A DNA stretch of 64,000 nt. Source: an uncultured Acidobacteriota bacterium. Lineage in GTDB: Bacteria; Acidobacteriota; Blastocatellia; RBC074. Both the position numbers and the translations under genes were made by a program. Under the pieces are notes generated by a model. It saw nothing but the letters and a program-made list of their open reading frames with translations, was not told the origin of the DNA and made no database searches. Below are positions 11,322 to 22,204 of this stretch, piece after piece (within the stretch, counting starts at the first letter, position 1; each line of letters opens with the position of its first letter). The stretch lies in contig CAWCKY010000006.1 in assembly GCA_963796275.1 (NCBI GenBank), positions 1,856,001 through 1,920,000 on the forward strand. The letters are read 5' to 3'.

Positions 11322-11384
11322 GGAAACGGCATATTCACCGCTCAATGATTCGCTTCATTTATTTTGAGGACATTTAGGTTCAGT

Positions 11385-12646
11385 TCAGTGGCTTTGAACC
11401 TCGCGCAGGCGGCGCTCGAGATATCTGCGCTCGCTCTCATTGGTGACCAGCGCCAGCGCTCGTTTGTAGCTTTTCGCTGCTTCTCCCAAAGACCCGGCGC
11501 GGCGCAACAGATCAGCGCGTGCGGCGTGCAGCAGGTGATAATCGTCCAGATCGCCGCTGGCGGCCAGCGCATCGATGAGGGTCGAGCCCACTCTTTGGGC
11601 CGTCGACCATGGCGACAGCCACAGCCCGGTTGAGCGATACGATAGGAGAGGGCTGCAGACGTTCGAGGATGTTGTAGAGCCCGACGATTTGGGGCCAGTC
11701 GGTGTCTTCTGCGCGTGCCGCCTGGCAATGCAGCGCCGCGATTGCCGCCTGCAACGCATATGGACCGGGTCCGTCGCGAAAAGCCTCCTCGACCAACGGC
11801 AGCGCCTCGGCAATCTGCTGCCCGTTCCAACGGCGGCGATCCTGATCTTCGAGCACGACGAGATCGCCGGCTTCATCGAGACGGGCCTCGCGCCGCGAAT
11901 CGTGAAGCAGCATGAGCGCGAGGAGCGCCGTCGCTTCAGCTGGCGGTTGCGGCGCCATCAACATCCGCACCAGTCGGCCGAGCCGAATAGCCTCCGCGCA
12001 GAGATCAGCCCTCAACAGCGGCCCGCCCCGGGTCGCCACATAGCCTTCATTGAAGATGAGATAGATCACCGTCAGAACAGCGTCGAGCGCGCTCGGGCAT
12101 ATCGTTCGTGTCGGGCATCGAATATGGAATGCCCGCGTCGCGAATCTTCCGCTTGGCGCGTACGAGCCGCTGCGCCATCGTCGCGGTGGGCACAAGAAAC
12201 GCGCGTGCGATCTCTTCCGTCTCAAGGCCGCCCAGCGTGCGGAGCGTCAGCGCTACCTGAGCTTCGAGCGTCAGCGCCGGGTGGCAGCACGTGAAGATCA
12301 GCCGAAGTCGATCGTCCGGTATTTCGTCAGTATCATAATTCGGCTCCTCCATCGTCCGGATCAGCCCGGACTCAACGTACGATTCAATTTTTTCCGCAAA
12401 CCGCGTACGGCGACGGATGCGGTCGATGGCCTTGTGCCGGGCAGTCTGGATGATCCACGCGCGGGGGAACTCAGGGACGCCGGTGGCCGGCCACTGGTCG
12501 ACCGCGGCCGCGAAGGCTTCCTGCGCCACCTCTTCGGCGAGGTCGAAGTCGCCCACGAGCCTGATCAGAGTTGCGACGATCATCCCCCAGTCGGAGCGAT
12601 AGACCGAGTCTATGGTTGAGTTAGCTGAATTTGCATTGTGGAGCAT
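11385..12646 (-). CDS. ECF42-type RNA polymerase sigma factor with C-terminal extension; two +1 frameshifts
   Basis: LAEEVAQEAF, DDRLRLIFTCCHPAL, QRLVRAK, YLIFNEGY, QDRRRW, GPYALQAAIAALH, SPIVSLNRAVA and ARADLLRR spread over three frames; shifts near 12090 and 11595. Confidence 0.88.
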
Positions 12647-12675
12647 TCCTAATTATAGAAAAATTAGTGGTGTAG

Positions 12676-12701
12676 TGTCGATTCGCGCCCTCCCCGTTCG
12701 A
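12676..12701 (+). promoter_or_regulatory. ECF42-like promoter TGTCGATT-N11-CGTTCGA
   Basis: Upstream of the VOC gene at 12786; the same motif and spacing recur three more times in the window. Confidence 0.75.
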
Positions 12702-12785
12702 CTATATATTAAAGAAGCGAATAGTCGGGCCTATTTGGCACCGGGGAAGGCGTTTAGTTCATATTTTAGGTGAAGGAGGGAGAAA

Positions 12786-13163
12786 ATGTTCAAAGATACC
12801 AAAGCATTTAGCGGTTTTTCCGTAGACGATTTGCAGAAGGCTCAGAAATTTTACGGGCAGACTCTCGGCCTGGAGGTTACCAAAGACGATGACCTCTTGT
12901 TTCTTAATATCGCCGGGGGAGTAAAGATCGTTATATACCCTAAGCCGAACCATGTGCCGGCGACCTTTACGATCCTAAACTTTCCCGTAGAGGATGTTGA
13001 AGGAGCCGTAGATGAACTTACCAGTCGCGGTGTGAAGTTCGAACGCTACGATCAGAAGGAGCTGAAGACCGATGAAAAAGGCATCCATCGCTCCGGAGGA
13101 ATGTCGATCGCATGGTTCAGGGACACGGCCGGTAATATTCTGTCTGTGCTTGAGGAAAAGTAA
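12786..13163 (+). CDS. VOC/glyoxalase family protein
   Basis: [37 protein letters not shown]; SD GGAGG. Confidence 0.92.
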   Translation: MFKDTKAFSGFSVDDLQKAQKFYGQTLGLEVTKDDDLLFLNIAGGVKIVIYPKPNHVPATFTILNFPVEDVEGAVDELTSRGVKFERYDQKELKTDEKGIHRSGGMSIAWFRDTAGNILSVLEEK

Positions 13164-13170
13164 TAACTTA

Positions 13171-13220
13171 TAACCGGAAGCAACCGGAAGTAACCGGAAG
13201 CAACCGGAAGTAACCGGAAA
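13171..13220 (+). repeat. 10-bp tandem repeat (YAACCGGAAG) x5
   Basis: taaccggaag caaccggaag taaccggaag caaccggaag taaccggaaa. Confidence 0.95.
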
Positions 13221-13449
13221 TATACCTTTCAGGGAAAGATGGGGTTGAGTTTCATACCTGCTTGGTATTCGTGTGTCGGGGGGGGCTTTACCTGATTCGC
13301 CCTGCATTTGTTACGAAGTCGTTCATACACGTGCGACTTGATGAAAGGTTGAAATGGAAGGACTTACCGATTTTTCTCAAAATGTCATCAAATCTATGAA
13401 AACCTGGTAAATCATATATATTTCTTATCTATGTCATGGAGTTAAAAAG

Positions 13450-15913
13450 ATGATCCTGGGCTTGTTCCTCCGCGATTTGAGAATCGCCCTCCGGTCGCTC
13501 ACCCGCGCCAAAGGGCTTACGATTACGGTGGTGCTCACGCTTGCGCTCGGCATCGGCGCCAACGCTGCTATTTTCAGTGTGGTGCGCGGCGTGTTGCTGC
13601 GGCCGCTCGTCAATCGCGACGAGAACACGTTGATCTATATCCGCCAGAGCGCCCGGGGCATAGACGCCGACAACGTAACGTTCTCCGTTCCGGAAATTCA
13701 AGATTTACGCGAACGGCGTTAAAACGCTAAGTGCATTCGGCGATTTCTCGACTATCGGTTTCACCATGGTCGGACTCGGTGAGCCGCGCGAAGTTCGTGC
13801 GGGGGTCGTTGGCGGATCGTATTTTGAGGTGATGGGGTTGCGACCTGTACTCGGCCGGCTGCTTGGGCCGGGAGATGACGGCCCTAATGCTGCCGGCGCT
13901 GCGGTGCTTACTCATCGCTTTTGGACGACTGTGTTCAATAACGATCCGAGCGTGGTCGGCAAAACCGTGAGACTCGGCGAACGCTCGGCCGTCATCGTGG
14001 GCGTATTGGAACCATCGGTACCATACCCTGCCGAGACCGAGATCATTGCTAACGTCGTAACGAGCCCGCACCATCTGTCGGCGACAATGGTGACCGGACG
14101 GGTCCACCGGATGACGGAGCTGTTCGGCCGCTTGGCCCCCGGAGTAGACCTCGAGACGGCGCGCGCCGAGTTGCGCCTCGCCCATGGGGCGATTTTAAAA
14201 GAACATCCCGAGGCATATTCGGCGAAAGCGGACTACCGGATTGAAGCCGTGCGGTTGCGCGACCAGATCACTTCGCGTGCCAAGACTGTTCTGTTGGTTT
14301 TGCTGGCGGCGTCGGCGCTCGTTTTCGTCATCGCGTGCTCGAATGTCGCCAACCTGATCCTGGCTCGGACGGTTCGGCGCGAAGGCGAGCTGTCGATCCG
14401 CGCGGCGCTCGGTGCAAGCACCGGCGCGCTGCGGCGAATGCTGCTGGCGGAAACCATCCTTCTATGCGGCGCCGGCGCTGCGCTCGGCGTAATGAGCGCG
14501 CGGCCGATGGTGTCCATCCTGGCCCGCTATACTTCCCGTTTCTCAGTGCGCGCGCTCGATATGACAGTCGACTCAAGCATGCTCTGGATCGGCGCAGCGC
14601 TGGCTGTCATCGCAGCCGTGCTTTTGGCGTTTGTCCCGCGCCTGCCGGAAGCCAATACGTCGCAGGGTTTCGGCCTGTCGAGCGGCAGCCTGCGTATAAC
14701 CGGCAGCACAAGCCGCCGGCTGCGGATCTTCGCCATGACGCAGATCGCCGCATCCTTCGTGTTGTTGGCCGGCGCCGGCATGTTGCTCAAGACGCTGCTC
14801 GCGCTTCAAGCCGCGCCGACTGGCTTAGATATACGTAAAGTGCTTGCTATGAACGTACCCGTGATGTCGTATGGAAAAACGCCCGACCAGATTGTGGCAT
14901 TTTACAAGGAAACGATCAGACGCATAACAGAGCTCCCGGGTGTAAATAGCGTTGCGGTCGGTACTGTCATTCCCTGGCGTGACGCGGGCATCTTCGGCCC
15001 GGGTTTGGAGTTCACGGCGGATGGATTCGTCCGCGCGCCGGGAGAAGAGTTTCCGCGCGCGCGCTTCCGAACCGTCTCGCCCGGGTTTTTCGCCGCGCTC
15101 GGCGTTCCTCTCATAGCCGGACGCGATTTCAACGATTCCGATCGCCGGGGCGGTGAGCCGGTCGTAATCGTGAGCCAGAGCCTGGCGCAGCGTATGTTTC
15201 CGAATCAAGATGCGGTCAACCGCCACATCATGTGGAACGATCCGGTGATTAAGTTCATCGACGTCAGCTCGGCGCCTCGGCGCATTATCGGCGTAGCCCT
15301 CGATGTCGACGATGAGAATGTCGTGCCGGGGCCGGCGCTGAGCGTCTATCACCCCTTCGAGCAGCAGGATATCTGGGGCGGTCGCCTGTTCGTTCATACG
15401 TTTGCTAATCCGTATGCGCTGGTAACGCCGATCAAGCGTATTATCCGCGATCTCGCCAATGATCAACCGGTCGAAGGCGCGGCGACGCTAGAAGACATAC
15501 GCGCGGAGGTGTTGACTCCCGATCGGCTTAACACGGTGGTATTCGGCGGATTCGCTACCCTCGCTCTTGCCATCTCTGTCGTCGGAATTGCCGGCGTGCT
15601 CGCCTTTTCGGTCAGCGGTCGAACGCGCGAGTTCGGAGTCCGCCTGGCGCTGGGCGCACAACCGCGCGGGATTCTCGCAAACGTGATCGTTGAAGGTATT
15701 GTGATTGCAATGATCGGCGTTGCGGCGGGCGCGTTATTAGGCTTCGCGTTCTCGCGGCTGATCGGTAGTTACTTTCAAAATATGGAGTTGCCCGGTCTGA
15801 TGCCGTTGATTGGAGCGGCCATCGTTATCCTGGTTGCCACGATAATCGCGTCCGTACTTCCGGCAGCGCGCGCCGCCCGCGTCGACGTGATGCAATCGCT
15901 GAGATCGGAGTGA
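13450..15913 (+). CDS. ADOP-type duplicated ABC permease; one +1 frameshift near 13715
   Basis: RDLRIALRSL..LGIGANAAIFS (13450-13722) continues into the 715-aa ORF with ACSNVANL and PAARAARVD; gaacggcgtt has one extra G. Confidence 0.88.
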
Positions 15914-15930
15914 GGTTCTTGATGATCGAC

Positions 15931-16017
15931 GAATCAGTACCGCGAGCGGTAGCGAGCGTGTCTCAATCAAACAACTGGTTCGGGTACAACGCTCGCTACC
16001 GCTCGCGGTACTGATTC
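15931..16017. repeat. REP doublet (GAATCAGTACCGCGAGCGGTAGCGAGCG and its inverse)
   Basis: Near-perfect inverted repeat of about 29 bp between convergent genes; a single related copy at 62771-62798. Confidence 0.85.
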
Positions 16018-16062
16018 ACTTAAAACATCAAATAATTTAGATTTAGTTTACCGAGTGTTTAT

Positions 16063-16368
16063 TTATGCCATTTCTCTCTTTTTTGCCTTTTTTGTTTCTG
16101 CTCCCTCCTCGACCGAATCGCCAGTGCGCGCGTGCAGCAATATTCGATAGAAATAGATGATAGCAATTGCCGAAGTTATTGAGAGTATCCAACCGGCATC
16201 ATTTTGCGGGCCGAGGACAAGATAAGCGATGAATGTTCCGGCCGCTGAGCCGGCCAACCCGATGAGGGCCGTCACGATGACTCCACCTCGCTCATCCCCG
16301 GGCATAACCAGCTTAGCAACTGTGCCTACGATCAATCCGACAAATATTTGCCCGGCCAGTTGAAACAT
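16063..16368 (-). CDS. GlsB/YeaQ/YmgE (transglycosylase-associated) small membrane protein
   Basis: GLIVGTVAKLVMPG...LIGLAGS..G pattern; SD AGGAGG. Confidence 0.85.
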   Translation of the reverse strand: MFQLAGQIFVGLIVGTVAKLVMPGDERGGVIVTALIGLAGSAAGTFIAYLVLGPQNDAGWILSITSAIAIIYFYRILLHARTGDSVEEGAETKKAKKREMA

Positions 16369-16392
16369 GCCTCCTCCTTCTGTCTTTTATGG

Positions 16393-16438
16393 GCCGGCAG
16401 TCGATAAAACAATTATTCGCATTCCATCGACTGCCGGC
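16393..16438. other. intergenic stem-loop with a 13-bp perfect stem
   Basis: GCCGGCAGTCGAT and ATCGACTGCCGGC; no clear U-tract on the minus strand. Confidence 0.6.
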
Positions 16439-16455
16439 AGACTTCTGTGCGCGTC

Positions 16456-16911
16456 CTACTGCTTCGTTTTGGATTTTTTACTTGTGCCTGTAGAGCTCGG
16501 AGAGCTCGATTCAGCTTTCTCCACCGAAATGTTGTTTACGACCTGTTTGGCGCCACAAGATTTGGCTATGGAATTGACCCCGCTTTTACTGTTCGAGTTC
16601 TTGGTTGTGCCCGTGAAAGTAGCAACACCATTGTTCATTGATAGGTTGAAACCCTGATTCTTGAGCTTTTGGTCACTGCCCATCTTTGACTCAATGCAAG
16701 ATTGTATATCGGAGTCGCGCTTCGTCGCGGTCATGTGCTTTGCCGTTTTGGTCGATTGCGAAAGGCTGTAACCGGTTGGCGCGTTCTTCTTGGCCGCAGA
16801 TTTTTGCCCCGACTGCCCCGATTGCCCCGTTTGTCCCGTTTGTCCGAGCGCGCTCATAACTAGAACAGCAGAGAGCGCCAAATTGCTTAAGACGATAGTA
16901 GCTTTTTTCAT
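16456..16911 (-). CDS. secreted BON-domain protein with GQT/GQS low-complexity linker
   Basis: Signal peptide; DSDIQSCIESK..NNGVATFTG..GAKQVVNNISV. Confidence 0.8.
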   Translation of the reverse strand: MKKATIVLSNLALSAVLVMSALGQTGQTGQSGQSGQKSAAKKNAPTGYSLSQSTKTAKHMTATKRDSDIQSCIESKMGSDQKLKNQGFNLSMNNGVATFTGTTKNSNSKSGVNSIAKSCGAKQVVNNISVEKAESSSPSSTGTSKKSKTKQ

Positions 16912-17173
16912 AAGGCTTCCTTCCTGTTTTGATCTTCAGGTATTCGGCGGCGAGGACTGATCGATTCGCTCAATCGCTCGCGCCACAAGAGTGCGACCAC
17001 GGGACACACGGGGAAACTCAGAGTGGATTGCCCCGTGTCCCTCCGTGGTTTCTCGCTCGCTTGCTGCCTGGGGAATGCCGGTTTTCCAATCTCCCGTTCC
17101 GGCTGCAGCGCGATGCTCGACCAGGCGTCTCGCTTGAACCTGATCTAACATTCCCAGAGCGCACACGATTGAG

Positions 17174-17189
17174 TGCAATCCCGATGCCG
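17174..17189 (-). promoter_or_regulatory. sigma54 -24/-12 promoter for the BON gene
   Basis: CGGCATCGGGATTGCA fits GG-N10-GC; lies next to the sigma54 two-component system. Confidence 0.55.
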
Positions 17190-17455
17190 CGATTGAGCAA
17201 ATTGAATCGTAGCGACAGGGCGGCTGATTGATGGCCGCCGAGATTGAATGGGTCAATGATATTAAGCAGATCAGGAGTTCGGTTTATCCGTTCGATCCTG
17301 CCATGCGCGTTCTGCGGAGCGGGGCGGTTTTGCGTGTAGCGAGGCAGTTTTGCTTACTGGCAATCGCGAGAGCGGCGATGTTCAGGCATTCAGGGTACTC
17401 GTCGAATGTCACATAGATTGACGGGATGTTCGCCGTGAGGGAATCAGTAAAAGTA

Positions 17456-17471
17456 TGGCACCGCGTATGCA
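17456..17471 (+). promoter_or_regulatory. sigma54-like -24/-12 element upstream of the kinase
   Basis: TGGCACCGCGTATGCA fits GG-N10-GC. Confidence 0.45.
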
Positions 17472-17508
17472 GTACTATCCGAATGGATATCTTTGTTACG
17501 ATAGGGGC

Positions 17509-19074
17509 ATGCGACCATTGAAACTGCATCTTAAAACCACGCTGCTTGTCTCGGCGATCACGCTTGCGGTGATGATCGCCTTGCTGATGGTCATAAGCGC
17601 GCGGCTGATGGACGCAATCCGCGCGGACGAAAAGGCATTGGCAGAAATCGAGGCTGCTCGTCTGGCCGAGCATATCGGGAGTCTCGCCTCTGCGCCAGAG
17701 TTCGTTGATCTGGAACGCGCGTCATCGCTCGTTCGCGGTACCAGACTGGATTCCGTCGTGGTCCGCCTCTGGGATCGTGTGGGCGATAATTTCAAGGCAA
17801 GCCTGGCTACTCCTGCGAACGACCCACCTGAGGAAGTGCCGCACGAAATTGCCGAAACGTTACTTCTCAACCAGGTCGCGAGGGTTGAAAGTAGCGGAGG
17901 TTTTGCAATAGGGGATTCACTCTATCGCGTTTTCGCGCCGATAACACGAAAGAAGCAAGTCGTCGGCGCTGTCGAAATAAGCGATCATCTGGACAATCTG
18001 CCTGTCATATTGCGGCGGACGGCCGGAACGGCGTTCTGGCTGGCGATACTTGCAGTCGGACTGATTGCGTTGGCGACGTTTATTCTGTTTCGTGACCTGG
18101 TCTACGGCCCGCTCTCACATCTGTTGACGGTGATTGAAAGAGCCGGATCCGGAGAACTCGACCTGCAGGTCCCCGAGCGCAGGCAGGATGAACTGGGCTT
18201 ACTGGCGAGGGCGTTCAACCGGATGCTCAAGCAGCTTCACGAGATGACTGCTGAGCGCGAAAGGCAGCGCGAACTTCTGCGCGAACGAGTGCGCGAAGCG
18301 ACGGCGCAGTTGGAACAGCGCAATACCCAGCTCGAAACAACCAATCTCGAACTATGGCGTACGACGCGGCGGCTGACGCAGCTTGAGCGGCTGGCGGCCG
18401 CGGGGCAGACGGCTGCTCAATTCGCACACGAAGTCGGCACGCCGCTCAATCTCATAAGCTGTCACGCGCAGTTGATACAGGTCGCGAAGGAATCAAGTCC
18501 GGATGCCATTCGCGACCGCGCAGGCATTATCGTTGAACAGACCGATCGCATCGAGCGCATTGTGCGCCGCATGCTGGATCGCACTCGCTCCGAAACGCCC
18601 GAGCTCGAATCGGTCGATCTGAACGCCGTCATCATCAATATCACGGAAGCCACTGCTCCCTTGCTGGCAGAGCGTAAGGTCGAACTCGAATTATCACTCG
18701 CGGAGATGCTGCCGCACATTGCCGGCGACCCAGACAGGCTGCAACAGGTCTTCATCAATCTCATGGGCAATGCCGTCGACGCCATGCCCGATGGCGGGAA
18801 ACTGAAGATCGTTACGGGAATAGAGAAGGCGGAGAACGCCGGCCTTGCTCGTGTGATCGCGACGCTGGCCGACACGGGCTATGGAATGATGCCCGAGGTG
18901 CGGACACATATTTTCGATCCGCTTTATACGACGAAGGAGCGCGGAAAGGGTACCGGTCTGGGATTGTTCGTGGTCAGTCAGGTTATGCGGGAACACGGCG
19001 GCGGCGTCTCGGTCGAGAGCGAGCCGGGACGAGGCTCGGTTTTCCGCCTGACTTTCCCTGCTTCAGGAAGTTAG
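17509..19074 (+). CDS. HAMP-domain sensor histidine kinase (NtrB-like)
   Basis: Two TM segments, DELGLLARAFNRM, FAHEVGTPL H-box, QVFINLMGNAVDAM, DTGYG, GTGLGL. Confidence 0.95.
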   Translation: MRPLKLHLKTTLLVSAITLAVMIALLMVISARLMDAIRADEKALAEIEAARLAEHIGSLASAPEFVDLERASSLVRGTRLDSVVVRLWDRVGDNFKASLATPANDPPEEVPHEIAETLLLNQVARVESSGGFAIGDSLYRVFAPITRKKQVVGAVEISDHLDNLPVILRRTAGTAFWLAILAVGLIALATFILFRDLVYGPLSHLLTVIERAGSGELDLQVPERRQDELGLLARAFNRMLKQLHEMTAERERQRELLRERVREATAQLEQRNTQLETTNLELWRTTRRLTQLERLAAAGQTAAQFAHEVGTPLNLISCHAQLIQVAKESSPDAIRDRAGIIVEQTDRIERIVRRMLDRTRSETPELESVDLNAVIINITEATAPLLAERKVELELSLAEMLPHIAGDPDRLQQVFINLMGNAVDAMPDGGKLKIVTGIEKAENAGLARVIATLADTGYGMMPEVRTHIFDPLYTTKERGKGTGLGLFVVSQVMREHGGGVSVESEPGRGSVFRLTFPASGS

Positions 19075-19254
19075 CTGGGAACCTTCAGGAGGGGGTTAGT
19101 TGGGAGTTCCGCCTTGCGGCGGTCAGAAAAAAATGCGAAGAGAGAAGACCGCGTAAACGCGGAACTCCAAACGCGAGCACAAACGCGATCTCGGACCTAG
19201 ACTCGACCCGCCTGCAGGCGCCTGAGGCGGAACTCCCAGCGGAACTCCCAGCTA
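19073..19254. repeat. REP-like cluster (TGGGAGTTCCGCCT..GGCGG family)
   Basis: tgggagttccgcc, gcggaactcca and tandem gcggaactcccagc copies between the kinase and regulator genes. Confidence 0.7.
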
Positions 19255-19273
19255 TTTTCAGAGGGGTGAACGT

Positions 19274-20641
19274 ATGAAAAGAATTCTGGTTGTGGATGAT
19301 GATGCGGCCTCGTGCAAACTTCTGCTCGATCTGTTCGGCGCGCAGGGATGGGGCGCTGAATCCGCGCTGACCCCGGAAGATGCCCTGGAATTGGCTGCGC
19401 GGGAGAAATTCGATCTGCTTGTGAGCGACATCAATCTTGAAGCGAAACAATCCGGTATAGATCTGCTGCGCCAATTGCACGATCGGTGTCCGGTGATTCT
19501 GGTGACCGGCTTCGGCACGCTCGATACGACGGTAACCGCCTCGCGCGAAGGCGCCTGGGACATCATATCGAAGCCTTTCAAGGTCCAGGAACTCATCGGG
19601 ACTGTGCGACGGGCGCTGGAACGCGAGATGCCCGGTACTGAACGGGCAGTGTCCGACGCGCTGTCGACTCAGTATGAGGGCGCCGGCCTGATGGGACGGT
19701 CTCCCGCGATGTTGGATCTATACAAAGAGATCGCGCGAGTTGCCCCGGCTCGTTCGACCGTGCTCATCGTGGGCGAATCGGGGACGGGCAAGGAGCTTGT
19801 CGCACAGGCGATTCACCAGCACAGCGCGCGCGCATCCGGGCCGTTCGTGCCGATTAATTGTGGAGCGCTTGCGGAAACGCTTCTGGAAGCCGAACTCTTC
19901 GGCCACATCAAGGGATCGTTCACCGGCGCAACTGCCGATCGCCGCGGATTGTGGGAAGAAGCCGGAAGCGGCACGCTCTTTCTCGATGAGATCGGTGAAA
20001 CCTCTCACGCGATGCAGGTCAAGTTGCTCCGCGCCCTGCAGGAGAGGGAAATCCGCCGAGTCGGCGCGACCAGGAACACCAGGGTAGATGCGCGGGTGAT
20101 CGCCGCGACCAACCGCGATCTGGAAGCCGAGGTTAAGGTGGGACGCTTCCGCGAAGATCTCTTTTACCGCATAAGTTTCGTCACGTTGAAAGTGCCGACC
20201 CTTCGCGAACGCCGTAGCGATATTCCATTGCTCGCTGAAAAGTTTGTGCGAAGCGCTTCGGAGAACGCCGGACGCACGTCACTTCGATTTAAGGAAGAGA
20301 CGTTGAAGATTCTGATGGCTTACAACTGGCCGGGAAATGTGCGGGAACTCGAGGCAGCAGTCGAATATGCCGCGCTGCACGTGCATGGCTCGGATATCGC
20401 GCCGGAAGATCTGCCTACGAAACTTCAGACAGTCGATCTGCGCGAGGGGGCTGGCCATTCACCTCTAGCGGCGATCTACGACGATCTCCCTACGCTGGAT
20501 GAACTCGAACGCCGTTACCTGATCCACGTGCTGAAAAAAGTGGGCGGCAATCGAACCCGCGCAGCCGAATTGATGGGGATCGATCGCCGCACGCTGTATC
20601 GAATGGCGGAACGCTTCGGTATCAGAACAGATGAACAGTGA
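19274..20641 (+). CDS. sigma54-dependent response regulator (NtrC family)
   Basis: Receiver domain, GESGTGKE, GSFTGA, LFLDEIGE, WPGNVRELE, Fis-type HTH. Confidence 0.97.
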   Translation: MKRILVVDDDAASCKLLLDLFGAQGWGAESALTPEDALELAAREKFDLLVSDINLEAKQSGIDLLRQLHDRCPVILVTGFGTLDTTVTASREGAWDIISKPFKVQELIGTVRRALEREMPGTERAVSDALSTQYEGAGLMGRSPAMLDLYKEIARVAPARSTVLIVGESGTGKELVAQAIHQHSARASGPFVPINCGALAETLLEAELFGHIKGSFTGATADRRGLWEEAGSGTLFLDEIGETSHAMQVKLLRALQEREIRRVGATRNTRVDARVIAATNRDLEAEVKVGRFREDLFYRISFVTLKVPTLRERRSDIPLLAEKFVRSASENAGRTSLRFKEETLKILMAYNWPGNVRELEAAVEYAALHVHGSDIAPEDLPTKLQTVDLREGAGHSPLAAIYDDLPTLDELERRYLIHVLKKVGGNRTRAAELMGIDRRTLYRMAERFGIRTDEQ

Positions 20642-20736
20642 AGCGGCGGCCAATGTTATTCAGCTTCGCCAATCACTCGCGCGGCTTCTTTTCGGAGCCC
20701 TCATTCTTAATAAACGTGAAAGTCTTGGCGTTCTCT

Positions 20737-20950
20737 CTAGCTCCGGTCAACTTCATAGTAGTAATCGAGTTTAAAATCAAACTTAATATTTCCGCGCACA
20801 TTCGCCGGCTCACCTTCTATCACCGCAGGTTAAAAGGGAATCGTTTGCATAGCATTATCAACCTGATCCTGGGCTGGGAGATCGATTGAGGACATCCGGC
20901 ATCTTCAAATTGACCGTCACTGCACCGTCCTTGCATTGCAGAATCGATCT
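20737..20950 (-). pseudogene. remnant resembling a TonB C-terminal domain
   Basis: Frame reads QVDNAMQTIPF*PAVIEGEPANVRGNIKFDFKL (F-x-PA..G-x-P..V..I.F.L pattern) with an internal stop. Confidence 0.45.
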
Positions 20951-21199
20951 CCAGCCCATTATCGAGAATGGCAATCGATGTTCCACAAACGACTGGAGAC
21001 TCCCTCGTCTGAAAGTGCCGTCCGGAAAATGAGATATAGAAATGGGCGGTAGACGGCTGAACGGTTTTTGAGTAATAACCGGGACATTCTTGACTCGCAT
21101 CGCAAATCTGCCCCAGCCGAAACGAAAGACCCCCCGATAAGGAGATCGCACGCGCGGCGAAAAATTTAAACATCGAAAAGTAGAAAAATTATTTTGAAG

Positions 21200-21225
21200 T
21201 GTCGATTCGAGCGCTTGCAATTCGA
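21200..21225 (+). promoter_or_regulatory. ECF42-like promoter TGTCGATT-N11-AATTCGA
   Basis: Same motif and upstream A-tract (agaaaaatta) as the 12676 site. Confidence 0.7.
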
Positions 21226-21394
21226 CTAACTGGTGGAGGTGGAGATGGCTGGCAGCAGCAGCCAGAAAGGGAAACAAAAAGGCGAAAAAAGCAGAGAGAG
21301 TGTTTGTCTAGAGTTCCATTTTGTCTTCTTGGTTCTTTTGCCTTTTTGTTTCCACCTCCTCTTTCAAAAACATAAATCAAGGGAGATAAGCGGC

Positions 21395-22204
21395 ATGAAG
21401 ACAAGAGAGAAAGCGACGCAAAAAAATAAGATAGTATCGCGGGCAGAATGGCTGGTGGCGCGCAAGGCGCACCTGGAAAAGGAAAAAGAGCTCACGCGCC
21501 AGCGCGATGAACTTAGCCGTGAGCGGCGCGAACTGCCCTGGGTCAAAGTAGATAAGAATTACGTATTCGACGGTCCGAATGGGAAGGAGACGCTCGCCGA
21601 TCTCTTTGCGGGACGGAGCCAGCTGATTATCTATCACTTTATGTTCGGTCCGAACTGGGAAGAGGGTTGTCCGAGCTGTTCCTTTCTGTCAGATCATATA
21701 GATGGCGCTCTCGTGCATCTAAACGCGCGGGACGTTTCGCTGGTGGTAGTTTCGCGAGCCCCGCAGCCTCAGATCGAAGCATTCAAGAAGCGGATGGCAT
21801 GGCGCTTTAAATGGGTATCGTCGTACGCGAACGATTTCAACTACGACTATCACGTGTCGTTCACCAAAGAGGAATTGGCGAAGGGCAAGGTTTATTACAA
21901 CTATGCATTGCAGGAATTCGGGGCCGAGGAAGCACCCGGCGCCAGCGTGTTCTTCAAGGATAGTTCGGGTGATGTCTTCCATACTTATTCCGAATATGCG
22001 CGGGGCGGTGACATATTGCTGGGCGCGTACAACTACCTCGACCTAACGCCGAAGGGGCGCGACGAGGATGGTCTGGCCTTTACGATGGCGTGGGTTCGCC
22101 ATCACGATCGGTATGGCGATGATTACCAAGTCGATCCGTCGGCGAACTATTCGCCGCCGAAGGGCTCGATCTGCTCGAATTGTGCAGGGGAGGAGCATTT
22201 ATGA
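21395..22204 (+). CDS. DUF899 thioredoxin-like protein
   Basis: EWLVARKAHLEKEKELTR, RRELPWV, LFAGRSQLIIYHFMF, GCPSCS, LDLTPKGR, WVRHHD. Confidence 0.92.
   Translation: MKTREKATQKNKIVSRAEWLVARKAHLEKEKELTRQRDELSRERRELPWVKVDKNYVFDGPNGKETLADLFAGRSQLIIYHFMFGPNWEEGCPSCSFLSDHIDGALVHLNARDVSLVVVSRAPQPQIEAFKKRMAWRFKWVSSYANDFNYDYHVSFTKEELAKGKVYYNYALQEFGAEEAPGASVFFKDSSGDVFHTYSEYARGGDILLGAYNYLDLTPKGRDEDGLAFTMAWVRHHDRYGDDYQVDPSANYSPPKGSICSNCAGEEHL

Noticed and set aside
11385-12646. Programmed ribosomal frameshifting in the sigma factor and other split genes
   Set aside because: No consistent slippery heptamer or stimulator; the +1 pattern fits sequencing error better.
21233-21394. N-terminal extensions of the DUF899, padR (40703), DUF488 (41401) and HTH-TOBE (29150) ORFs
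   Set aside because: They run through repeat or promoter DNA; family motifs begin at the downstream ATGs.
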